Shown here one piece after another: positions 38,615 to 47,439 of a stretch of 64,000 bases of DNA (the first letter of the stretch is position 1; the number at the start of each line of letters is the position of its first letter). The stretch is from Mycobacteriales bacterium (GTDB taxonomy: Bacteria; Actinomycetota; Actinomycetes; Mycobacteriales; SCTD01): positions 20,926-84,925 of the forward strand of contig JBBDWV010000049.1 in NCBI GenBank assembly GCA_040902655.1. Direction: 5' to 3'. A program made the position numbers and the translations under genes. Under the pieces are notes generated by a model. The model was not told the origin of the DNA. It did no database searches and saw only the letters and a program-made list of their open reading frames with translations.

Positions 38615-38644
38615 GCTGCCGCACCGGATGCCCGGTGCGGCAGC
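38615..38644 (-). terminator. 13-bp GC stem-loop immediately after the mazG stop
   Basis: gctgccgcaccgg-atgc-ccggtgcggcagc is a perfect inverted repeat that abuts the TGA at 38645-38647. No U-tract. Confidence 0.55.
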
Positions 38645-39679
38645 TCACGACAGTCGACGCTCCCACTCCGACGCCGACAGGTCCGCCGGCTCACGCCCCT
38701 CGGCCCGTACGGACGCCTCGACTGCGGCCAACCGGTCCCGGAAGCCGCGGGCCACAGCGCGCAGCTCGGCCTCAGGCTCCAGCCCGGCCTCGCGGCAGCG
38801 GGCGACCAGCGCCCACAGCTGATCGCCGAGGCCGCCGTGGTTGCCGGGGCCGATCCGGTTGCCGGAGCCGCCGACGGACCGGGCAGGCACGCCGAGGCGG
38901 GTGGCCCGCTTCTGCAGCTTCGCCGCCAGCGCCAGCGCCGGCTGCGACAGCGGCACGCCCTCGGTGACTGAGGCCCGTCCCTTCTCGGCCTTCTTGAGCG
39001 CCTCCCAGGAGGCGTCGAGGTCGTCGGCGCTCGCACCGGCGAAGACGTGGGGGTGGCGGCGGACCAGCTTGTCGACCAGGTCGCCGGCGACGTCGTCGAT
39101 CGACCATGCCGGCTCGCCCTCCTGGGCCAGCCGGGCGTGGAAGGCGACCTGCAGCAGGACGTCGCCCAGCTCCTCGCGCAGGTCCGCGGCGTTGCCGTCC
39201 TCGAGCGCCTGGTAGGCCTCGTACGCCTCCTCGAGCAGGTAGGGCTTGAGGCTCTCGTGGGTCTGCTCGGCGTCCCAGGGGCAGCCGCCGGGCGAGCGGA
39301 GCCGGTCCAGAACCGCGACGACGTCGAGCAGCCGGGCGCCGGGCGGGTCGTAGGAGCCGGGCACCTGTTCGACGGTCACCTGGCCGGAGGCCGCGGCGTG
39401 CAGGCCCAGCGCACGGATCAGCTCGGCGTCGGCCGGCCCCGTGGCCAGCCACACCAGGCTGCCGCCCCCGACCGCCCGGTCGTGCAGCTCGCCGGCCAGC
39501 CCCGAGGTGCGCTCGACGACCTCGACCTCGACACCGGCGTCGCGCAGGAACGGCAGCTGCGGCGAGCCGGCGTCGCCGGTCAGCACCGGCCCCGCGCGCA
39601 GCGCCTCCCACGCCGGCCAGGACAGCAGCCCCGGCGGCACCCTCGGCGAGACGGCGACGAGGACGAGGCGACCGGCCAC
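38645..39679 (-). CDS. mazG: MazG-family nucleoside triphosphate pyrophosphohydrolase (with N-terminal methylase-like domain)
   Basis: CPWDAEQTHESLKPYLLEEAYEAYQALE..ELGDVLLQVAFHARL and a second MazG-like half (RRHPHVF). Confidence 0.9.
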   Translation of the reverse strand: MAGRLVLVAVSPRVPPGLLSWPAWEALRAGPVLTGDAGSPQLPFLRDAGVEVEVVERTSGLAGELHDRAVGGGSLVWLATGPADAELIRALGLHAAASGQVTVEQVPGSYDPPGARLLDVVAVLDRLRSPGGCPWDAEQTHESLKPYLLEEAYEAYQALEDGNAADLREELGDVLLQVAFHARLAQEGEPAWSIDDVAGDLVDKLVRRHPHVFAGASADDLDASWEALKKAEKGRASVTEGVPLSQPALALAAKLQKRATRLGVPARSVGGSGNRIGPGNHGGLGDQLWALVARCREAGLEPEAELRAVARGFRDRLAAVEASVRAEGREPADLSASEWERRLS

Positions 39680-40764
39680 TAGCCCGCCGGCTGCTCGACC
39701 GGAGCCTCTGCGGGCGGAGCCCCGGCGGGTGGGGCGCCAGGGACGCCGGGCTGGAGCGGCTCGCCCTCGGGCGCCGGGGTGAGCACGCCGTTCGGGTCCT
39801 CTGCCGGCTCGACCTGCCCGCTCTCGGGGTTCCAGCGGCCGAAGCGCGGGTTCACCGAGACGCCCATCTGCTGGCTGGTCTCCTGGAGCAGCTGCTGCAT
39901 GCGCTCCTGGCGCGGCTGCTGCAGAGCGGCCCGGCGCAGCTCGGGGGTCGCCTCCTCGAGCGACGTCGTCTGGCGCTCGAGGACCTCGACGACGTGGAAG
40001 CCGAACTGGGTCTGGACGAGCAGCACGTCCCCGGGCTCGGCATCGAAGATGGCCTTCTCGAACTCCGGCACGAACTGCCCGCGGCCGGCCGCACCGAGCT
40101 CACCACCGGCCTCCTTGTTGGAGGCGTCGGTCGAGAACTCCGCGGCCAGTTCCGGGAACCTCGTGGGGTCCTGCTCGACCTCCGCCAGGATCCTGGCCGC
40201 CGACGGCTCGTCCGGGACCAGGATGTGCCGGGACCGCACCTGGTCGTACTCGGCCAGATTCTCCTGGTAGAGCGCGCGCAGGTCGGCAGCCGGCACGGCG
40301 AGGTCCTCCGTCAGGGCGTCACCGAGGGCCTGGTCGAGCACGATGCTGCGGACGAAGTCCTCGAGATCCTGCGGCGAGATACCGCTCTGGGCGGCCTGCT
40401 CCTCGAGCGGCTGCCGGCCACCGGCCTGCTCCTCGAAGCGGCCGATCTGCCGGGCGACGTCGCCGGAGGTCACCGTCACGCCCTCGTCCTCCGCCGCCCT
40501 CTCCAGGACCGCTGTGTTGATCAGCCGCGACAGCGCCTGCCGCTGGTAGGCAGCCCGGTCGGCGCCGAGCTGCTGAGCCGCCTGCGGGTCCGCCAGGCCC
40601 CGCTCGACCAGCGACTGCAGCCCCTCGGTCGTGATGCGCTGGTCGCCGACGATGGCGGCCGCGCCGGGACGGACCTCACCGTCGCCACAGCCCGTCAGCA
40701 GCAGGAGGGCTGCGAGCAGGAAAATGCCGGCCGCGGGGGCCAGCCGGCCAGGGGTGCGGGTCAC
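39679..40764 (-). CDS. lipoprotein peptidyl-prolyl isomerase (SurA-N plus parvulin/PPIC domain)
   Basis: GTG 40764 has GGAAGGA upstream. Lipobox LLLTGCG. Parvulin block RSRHILV...GELGAAGRGQFVPEFEKAIFDAEPGDV..TQFGFHVVEV. Confidence 0.85.
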   Translation of the reverse strand: MTRTPGRLAPAAGIFLLAALLLLTGCGDGEVRPGAAAIVGDQRITTEGLQSLVERGLADPQAAQQLGADRAAYQRQALSRLINTAVLERAAEDEGVTVTSGDVARQIGRFEEQAGGRQPLEEQAAQSGISPQDLEDFVRSIVLDQALGDALTEDLAVPAADLRALYQENLAEYDQVRSRHILVPDEPSAARILAEVEQDPTRFPELAAEFSTDASNKEAGGELGAAGRGQFVPEFEKAIFDAEPGDVLLVQTQFGFHVVEVLERQTTSLEEATPELRRAALQQPRQERMQQLLQETSQQMGVSVNPRFGRWNPESGQVEPAEDPNGVLTPAPEGEPLQPGVPGAPPAGAPPAEAPVEQPAG

Positions 40765-40831
40765 GAGGACGCGGTCCTTCCGATCCAGGGAGTGGGCGTA
40801 CGGGCTACAGGTTGCCAGACCGGCTGGACGT

Positions 40832-43800
40832 TCAGCGGGTGCCTCCGTCGCCGAACAGCGCCTCCAGCAGCGCCCGCGCCCAGTCGAGCAGTGCCTCGTC
40901 ACGCAGCGGCTGACCGCCGATCCGGGCGGTCGTGGGCCGCGGCACCAGCACCGTCGACGTCTGCGGTTTGACCACCGAGCGGGGGTAGAGCCGCTGCAGG
41001 CGCATCGTCTGGCTCTCCCGCAGCTCCAGCGGGGCGAAGCGCACCGAGCTGCCCTGCAGGCTGACCTCGGTGAGCCCGAACTGCCTGGCGTACGACCGGA
41101 ATCGCGCGACCGACAGCAGCCGCTGGACCGGTTCCGGGGGCGGCCCGTAGCGGTCGACCAGCTCCTCTCGGACCGCGTCGATCGCGGCCTCGTCGTACGC
41201 CGATGCCAGCCGCCGGTAGGCCTCGAGCCGCAGCCGCTCGCCGGGGATGTAGTCGTGCGGGAGGTGCGCGTCGATCGGCAGGTCGACCTTCGTGTCAGGG
41301 GCCTCGCGCTCCTCGGCCTCGCCGCCGCGCTTGAAGTCGGAGACGGCCTCGCCGACCAGTCGCATGTAGAGGTCGAACCCGACGCTGGCGATGTGACCGG
41401 ACTGCTCACCACCGAGCAGGTTGCCGGCTCCGCGGATCTCGAGGTCCTTCATCGCCACGGCCATGCCGGCGCCGACCTCGGTGTTCTGCGCGATGGTCGC
41501 GAGCCGGTCGTGCGCGGTCTCGGTCAGCGGCTTGTCCGGCTGGTAGGTGAAGTAGGCGTACGCCCGCTCCCGGCCACGGCCCACGCGGCCGCGGATCTGG
41601 TGCAGCTGCGACAGCCCGAAAGCATCTGCCCGGTCCACGATCAGGGTGTTGGCATTGGGGATGTCCAGCCCGGACTCGACGATGGTCGTGCAGACGAGGA
41701 CGTCGTACTCCTTCTCCCAGAACCCGACCATCACGTGCTCGAGGGCCTCCTCGCCCATCTGCCCGTGACCGGTCGCGACCCGCGCCTCGGGCACCAGCTC
41801 GCGGATGCGCTTGGCGACCCGGTCGATCGACTCGACCCGGTTGTGCAGGAAGAAGACCTGCCCCTCGCGCAGCAGCTCGCGGCGGATCGCCGCACCGATC
41901 TGCTTCTCGTCGTAGGGCCCGACGAAGGTCAGCACCGGGTGCCGCTCCTCCGGCGGGGTGAGGATCGTCGACATCTCCCGGATGCCGGTCAGGCTCATCT
42001 CGAGGGTGCGCGGGATCGGCGTGGCCGACATGGTCAGGACGTCCACGGCCGTGCGCATCTGCTTGATGAACTCCTTGTGCTCGACGCCGAAACGCTGCTC
42101 CTCGTCGACGATGACCAGGCCGAGGTCCTTGAACTGGGTGTCCTTGCTCAGCAGCCGGTGCGTGCCGATGACGACGTCGACCTCGCCACGGGAAACGCCC
42201 TGCATGACCTCCTTCTGCTCCCTGTCGGAGTTGAAGCGGCTGACGGCACGGACCTTCACCGGAAAGGCCTGGAAGCGGTCGCGGAAGGTGCCGTAGTGCT
42301 GCTGGACGAGCAGGGTCGTCGGCACCAGGATGACCACCTGCTTGCCGTCCTGCACCGCCTTGAACGCAGCACGGACAGCGATCTCGGTCTTGCCGTAACC
42401 GACGTCGCCCATGACGACGCGGTCCATCGGGACGGCCTTCTCCATGTCGGCCTTGACCTCCTCGATGGCCTCGAGCTGGTCGGGCGTCTCGACGTACGGG
42501 AAGGCGTCCTCGAGCTCACGCTGCCACGGGGTGTCCGGCCCGAAGGCGTGGCCGGGTGCGGCCATCCGCGCGGAGTAGAGCTGGATCAGGCCGGCGGCGA
42601 TGTCCTTGACAGCCTTGCGTGCCCGGCCCTTGCGCTTGGCCCAGTCACCGCCGCCGAGCCGGTCGAGGCTGGGCGCCTCGCCGCCGACGTACTTCGTGAC
42701 GAGCTCGAGCTGGTCGGTCGGCACGAAGACGCGGTCGCCGGGCTGGCCCCTCTTGCTCGGCGCGAACTCCAGGATGAGGTACTCCCGCGTCGCGCCCTGC
42801 ACCGTGCGCTGGACCATCTCGACGTAACGCGCGACGCCGTGCTGCTCGTGGACCACGGTGTCGCCGGCCTTGAGCTGCACCGGGTCCACGGCGTTCTTGC
42901 GCCGGCTCGGCATCCGCTTGCTGACGTCCTTGCTGCCGGCGCCGCGGGTGCCGGTCAGGTCGGTCTCGGTGACCAGGACCGTTCTGAGCAGGTCGCTGCG
43001 GAAGCCGCTGTCCAGGCAGGCGGTCGATAGATGTACGGCGCCCGGCGTCAGGTCCGGGTCGTCGCTGAGCCGGGCGGGCACCTCGGCGTCCTTCAGCAGC
43101 TCGTGCAGCCGCTGCGCGGGGCCGTGGCCCTCGGTCGTGACGACGACCCGCCAGCCGTCCCGAGCCCACTGCCGCAGGTCCTCGATCGCCTGCTCGATCT
43201 CGCCGTGGTAGCTCGGTGCCGGCTTGGCGGCCAGCACCACCGTCTCGTCGTCGAGGTCCTCGTCGGCCGTGAAGGGCGACAGCGCCCACCACGGCAGACC
43301 GAGCTCGCCGGCGTGCTCGCGCACCTCCAGCAGGGTTCGGTAGGCCGCTGCACCGAGGTCGATCGGCGCGACGCCCCCGACGGCCGCGGTGGCCCACGAC
43401 GCCTCGAGGAACTCCTGGCTGGTGTGCACCAGGTCGTGTGCCCGGGTGCGGACCTTCTCTGGGTCGGCCACGACGATCGAGGTGTTCTCCGGCAGCTCGT
43501 CGACGAGCAGCCGCAGCTCGTCGACGAGAACCGGCGCGAGTGCCTCCATCCCCTCGACGGGGGTGCCGTCCGCGATCTTGTCGCAGATGTCGGCGAGCTC
43601 GGGATGGAGCCGCGCAAGCGCACGGGCGCGCTCACGCACCTCCGGAGTGAGCAGCAGCTCGCGGCAGGGCGGCGCCCACAGGCCGTGCCCGACCTCCCCG
43701 AGACTGCGCTGGTCGGCCACCTTGAAGGAGCGCACCTCCTCGACCGTGTCGCCCCACCACTCCACCCGGACCGGGTGCTCCTCGGTGGGCGGGAAGACAT

Positions 43801-44380
43801 CGAGAATGCCTCCGCGTACGGCGAACTCGCCGCGCTTCTCGACCAGCTCGACGCGGGCGTACGAGAGATCGACCAGGCGTCGGACCGCGCTGTCGAGGCC
43901 ACCGTCGGTGTCCTGGCCCTTGGCCAGCTGAACCGGCTCGAGGTCCCCCAGACCGGCGACCTGCGGCTGGAGGAGGCTGCGGACGGGGGCGACGACGACA
44001 TCGAGCGGCCCGGTCGCCGGGTCGGCTCCTGGTCCCCGCGTGGGCGAAGGGTGCTTGAGCCGGCGCAGCACCGCGAGGCGCCGGCCGACGGTATCGGCAC
44101 GTGGACTGAGCCGCTCGTGCGGGAGCGTCTCCCAGCTGGGGTAGAGCGCGACCCGGTCGGTCTGGACGAGACAGCCCAGCGCGGCGACGAGGTCCTCGGC
44201 CTCGCGGCCCGTGGCAGTGACGGCGAGCACGGTGCGGCCCTGCCGGACCAGTCCGGCGATCAGGAACGGGCGCAGGCCGACCGGACCGGACAGGTCGAGC
44301 GAGCTGGCGGTGGGGGAGGCCAGCGCACGGGCGAGGGCGGGGTCGCCGGAGACGACGTCGAGCAGGCCGGCGAGCGACAA
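40832..44380 (-). CDS. mfd: transcription-repair coupling factor
   Basis: 1182 aa. Helicase motifs GDVGYGKTE, DEEQRFGV and QLHQIRGRVGR, a UvrB-homology N-terminus and a TRG region. TTG start. Confidence 0.97.
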   Translation of the reverse strand: MSLAGLLDVVSGDPALARALASPTASSLDLSGPVGLRPFLIAGLVRQGRTVLAVTATGREAEDLVAALGCLVQTDRVALYPSWETLPHERLSPRADTVGRRLAVLRRLKHPSPTRGPGADPATGPLDVVVAPVRSLLQPQVAGLGDLEPVQLAKGQDTDGGLDSAVRRLVDLSYARVELVEKRGEFAVRGGILDVFPPTEEHPVRVEWWGDTVEEVRSFKVADQRSLGEVGHGLWAPPCRELLLTPEVRERARALARLHPELADICDKIADGTPVEGMEALAPVLVDELRLLVDELPENTSIVVADPEKVRTRAHDLVHTSQEFLEASWATAAVGGVAPIDLGAAAYRTLLEVREHAGELGLPWWALSPFTADEDLDDETVVLAAKPAPSYHGEIEQAIEDLRQWARDGWRVVVTTEGHGPAQRLHELLKDAEVPARLSDDPDLTPGAVHLSTACLDSGFRSDLLRTVLVTETDLTGTRGAGSKDVSKRMPSRRKNAVDPVQLKAGDTVVHEQHGVARYVEMVQRTVQGATREYLILEFAPSKRGQPGDRVFVPTDQLELVTKYVGGEAPSLDRLGGGDWAKRKGRARKAVKDIAAGLIQLYSARMAAPGHAFGPDTPWQRELEDAFPYVETPDQLEAIEEVKADMEKAVPMDRVVMGDVGYGKTEIAVRAAFKAVQDGKQVVILVPTTLLVQQHYGTFRDRFQAFPVKVRAVSRFNSDREQKEVMQGVSRGEVDVVIGTHRLLSKDTQFKDLGLVIVDEEQRFGVEHKEFIKQMRTAVDVLTMSATPIPRTLEMSLTGIREMSTILTPPEERHPVLTFVGPYDEKQIGAAIRRELLREGQVFFLHNRVESIDRVAKRIRELVPEARVATGHGQMGEEALEHVMVGFWEKEYDVLVCTTIVESGLDIPNANTLIVDRADAFGLSQLHQIRGRVGRGRERAYAYFTYQPDKPLTETAHDRLATIAQNTEVGAGMAVAMKDLEIRGAGNLLGGEQSGHIASVGFDLYMRLVGEAVSDFKRGGEAEEREAPDTKVDLPIDAHLPHDYIPGERLRLEAYRRLASAYDEAAIDAVREELVDRYGPPPEPVQRLLSVARFRSYARQFGLTEVSLQGSSVRFAPLELRESQTMRLQRLYPRSVVKPQTSTVLVPRPTTARIGGQPLRDEALLDWARALLEALFGDGGTR

Positions 44381-44497
44381 GGAGGACCTTCCGGGGCAAC
44401 ACGAACAGGCCCCTGCGGCCGGCAGGCCCGGGGTCGGGCGCCTCGCGGCGCCGGCTACAGGTTACGTCCGCCCGGGGTGCACCCCTGTGGGACGCCG

Positions 44498-45970
44498 TCA
44501 GCCGCGGGACGGGCTGTAGGGCGTCAGCAGCTGGTCGACCGGCGCGTCGTCGTCGGTCAGGATCCGTGCCCCGGCCGCGAACTCCGGCACGGCGTCGCCG
44601 GCGTGCACGGAGCCGGGCTCCCCCCGGGCAGCGGCCCGGCCGGCCAGCGCCGCGCGGTCCAGCTCACCGTCGGTCGCGACGAGCACCAGGTTGCCGCCCG
44701 TCTGCCCGGCCACGGTCGCCGGCGGCGCGAGCACCGCCACGTCGGCGAAGGCGGCCAGCAGCGTCGCCGTCTCGGCCCGCGCGAACGACATCGGCGGGAA
44801 GTCGATGACGTTCAGCGCATAGACGCCACCCGGTCGCAGCACCCGGCGGACCTCGGCGACCATCTCCGCCGTCGTGAGGTGCCAGGGCACCGCCAGGCTG
44901 CCGAACGCGTCGCCCACGACCACGTCGTACGCACCGGCCGGCTGGGCCGCGATGGAGGTGCGGGCGTCGCCGACGACGACGGACAGCCCCGGCACGTCGC
45001 GCAGGCCCAGCCGCGCCCGGCCGATCTCCGGGATGCCCGGATCGACCTCGAGCACGGTGCTGCGGGAGCCTGGGCGCACCGCGGCGAGGTGACGCGGGAG
45101 CGACCCGCCCCCGAGGCCGAGGTGCAGTGCGGTGAGCGGGCCTGCCGGCTGCTGGGTGATCGCGTCGGCGATGCGCTGGGTGTAGCGGAACTCCAGGTGC
45201 TCGGGCTCGCCGAGGTCGACGTAGGAGTGGCGCAAGCCGTCCAGGACCAGCACCCGGCCGCCGTCGCGGGCGGTGTCCGCCTCCACCGTCGCGCAGTAGT
45301 AACGCGTCTCGTACTGGCAGGGACCGTCGGCCAGGACCAGCCAGGACGCTGTCACCGCCGCGAGCACCACGGCGGCGGCCAGCGGGAGGTGCGGGCCGCG
45401 CAGGACGACCATGCCGGCGATGCCGGCAACGAGCAGCACCCCGCCGGTGAGCAGCAACAACCTCGAGGTCGGCAAGGCGGAGAGCAGCACGAAGCCGGTG
45501 AGGAAGGTGCCGGCCAGCGCACCGAGCGTGCCGGTGGCCGACAGCCGGCCGACCGTCGAGCCGGTCTCCGCCAGCGTCCGCAGGCGCAGCTTGACGACGC
45601 CCGGCGGCACGAGCGACAGCACCAGCGCAGCCGGCGCGACCGCGAGCAGGACGAGGAAGACGGTGCCGACCGGGCCGAGCCCGCGGAAGGTGTCGCCGAC
45701 GGCGAAGACGGTGGGCCGGGCGGCGAGCACGAGCCCACCGCCGAGGGCCGTGGCCAGGCCGAGCCAGCGGCGCGGGTCGACCCGGTCGGCCAGCCGGCCA
45801 CCGAGTGCGGAGCCGGCGGCGATGGCAGCCAGCGCCACCCCGATCGCGGCCGTGTAGGTCTCGAGCGTCAACCCGACATAGGGCGCCACCAGGCGGCTGA
45901 CGAGGATCTCGAGGACCAGCACCGCCGCGGAGGTCAGCAGGACGAGGAAGACGGCCAGCGGGGCTGGCAT
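44498..45970 (-). CDS. fused multi-pass membrane domain / spermidine-synthase-like SAM-fold protein
   Basis: ORF trimmed to ATG 45970 (MPAPLAVFLVLL). About 7 TM helices, then LHLGLGGGSLPRHL..VLEVDPG..VVVGDAR..YDVVVGDAF..LRPGGVYALN. Confidence 0.8.
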   Translation of the reverse strand: MPAPLAVFLVLLTSAAVLVLEILVSRLVAPYVGLTLETYTAAIGVALAAIAAGSALGGRLADRVDPRRWLGLATALGGGLVLAARPTVFAVGDTFRGLGPVGTVFLVLLAVAPAALVLSLVPPGVVKLRLRTLAETGSTVGRLSATGTLGALAGTFLTGFVLLSALPTSRLLLLTGGVLLVAGIAGMVVLRGPHLPLAAAVVLAAVTASWLVLADGPCQYETRYYCATVEADTARDGGRVLVLDGLRHSYVDLGEPEHLEFRYTQRIADAITQQPAGPLTALHLGLGGGSLPRHLAAVRPGSRSTVLEVDPGIPEIGRARLGLRDVPGLSVVVGDARTSIAAQPAGAYDVVVGDAFGSLAVPWHLTTAEMVAEVRRVLRPGGVYALNVIDFPPMSFARAETATLLAAFADVAVLAPPATVAGQTGGNLVLVATDGELDRAALAGRAAARGEPGSVHAGDAVPEFAAGARILTDDDAPVDQLLTPYSPSRG

Positions 45971-45971
45971 G

Positions 45972-46553
45972 TCAGGGCACGTCGACGTGGAAGACGTTCT
46001 GGGCGGCCTCGAGCGGCCCGGCCAGCAGCGCCTCGGCGGCATCGGCGGCCCGGTCGACGTGGACACCGAGCTCCTTCTTCTCTCCCGCGGCGAAGTCCTT
46101 CAGCACGTAGTCGGCCGGGTCCTGCCGACCGGGCGGCCGGCCGATGCCCACGCGCACCCGGAGGTACTCCCGACTGCCGATCGACGTGGTGATCGACCGC
46201 AGGCCGTTGTGTCCGTTGTCGCCGCCGCCGCGCTTGAGACGCAGGGTGCCGTACGGGATGTCGAGCTCGTCGTGCACGATGACGATCCGCTCGACCGGCA
46301 CCTTGAAGCAGTCGCGCAGGGCCGCGACCGGGCCGCCCGAGAGGTTCATGTAGGTCTTGGGTTTGGCCAGCACCGCCGGCTGATCGGCCAGCCTGCCCTC
46401 GACGAGGTCGGCCCGGCCCTTGTGGGCCTTGAACCTGCCGCCCAGCCGGTCGGCCAGCAGGTCAAGGACCATGAAGCCGACGTTGTGCCGGTTCCCGGCG
46501 TAGGACGGCCCGGGATTGCCGAGGCCGACGACGAGCCAGCGGCCGTCCGGCAC
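45972..46553 (-). CDS. pth: peptidyl-tRNA hydrolase
   Basis: [23 protein letters not shown] and HDELD..G.LRLK.GGG..GHNGLRS. Confidence 0.95.
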   Translation of the reverse strand: MPDGRWLVVGLGNPGPSYAGNRHNVGFMVLDLLADRLGGRFKAHKGRADLVEGRLADQPAVLAKPKTYMNLSGGPVAALRDCFKVPVERIVIVHDELDIPYGTLRLKRGGGDNGHNGLRSITTSIGSREYLRVRVGIGRPPGRQDPADYVLKDFAAGEKKELGVHVDRAADAAEALLAGPLEAAQNVFHVDVP

Positions 46554-46556
46554 CCG

Positions 46557-47270
46557 CTACTCGGCGGGCGTCTCGGACTTCGGCGCGGCGGTCTCGCCGA
46601 CCTCGTCACCCTCGCCGGCCCGGTCGCTCTCGGAGCCGACCTCGACGTCCTCCTCGGCGACTTCGGCAGCGGCGGCGCCCGCACCGAGCTCGGCCTCGGC
46701 CTCGGCCAATTCGGCCTCGAGCTGCTCCTCGGACACGACCCCGAGGAAGGCCACGACGACGTACGTGGAATCCTGCGCGAGCTCGGTGCCGGACGGCAGC
46801 GGGACGTCGCCGGCGGTGAGGCTGTCGCCGACGCGCCGGCCGCTGATGTCGAGCTCGAGATGCTCCGGGATGTGGGTCGCCTCGGCAGTGACGGTGAGCG
46901 TCAGGTTCTGCTGGTCGACGAGTGTGTCCGGAGCGGCGTCACCCGTGAGCTGGACCGGGATGTCGACGGTGACCTTCTCGCCCTTGCGGACGGCGACCAG
47001 GTCGACGTGCTCGAGGAACCCCTTGATCGGGTCGCGCACGATGGCCTTCGGCAGCGCCAGCTGGTCGCCGTCCTCGGTCTGCAGCGTCAGCAGCGCGTTG
47101 GCGTCATGCTTGAGGGCGAGCATCAGCTCGTGGCCCGGGAGCGAGAAGTGCCGCGGCGCGTCACCGTGCCCGTAGAGCACGGCTGGCACCTTGTCGGCCC
47201 GGCGGATCCGCCGCGACGGGCCCTTGCCGAACTCGGTGCGGGGTTCGGCGGCGATGCGGACCTCGGACAC
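46557..47270 (-). CDS. rplY: 50S ribosomal protein L25 / general stress protein Ctc
   Basis: RTEFGKGPSRRIRRADKVPAVLYGHG plus an acidic C-terminal extension. Adjacent to pth. Confidence 0.93.
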   Translation of the reverse strand: MSEVRIAAEPRTEFGKGPSRRIRRADKVPAVLYGHGDAPRHFSLPGHELMLALKHDANALLTLQTEDGDQLALPKAIVRDPIKGFLEHVDLVAVRKGEKVTVDIPVQLTGDAAPDTLVDQQNLTLTVTAEATHIPEHLELDISGRRVGDSLTAGDVPLPSGTELAQDSTYVVVAFLGVVSEEQLEAELAEAEAELGAGAAAAEVAEEDVEVGSESDRAGEGDEVGETAAPKSETPAE

Positions 47271-47439
47271 AGCGGGACTCCTCGAACGGTGGTTCAGGTA
47301 TGGGGCGCGACTGCGCAGTGGACGAGTCTAGCCGGAGCCCGCACCGGCTCCGACCGGGCCGCGGCTGCCCACCGGTCCAGGTCTGCGACCGTAGCCTGCG
47401 AGGCAGGTCGCACGCACGAGACGACGCGGGGGGACAACG

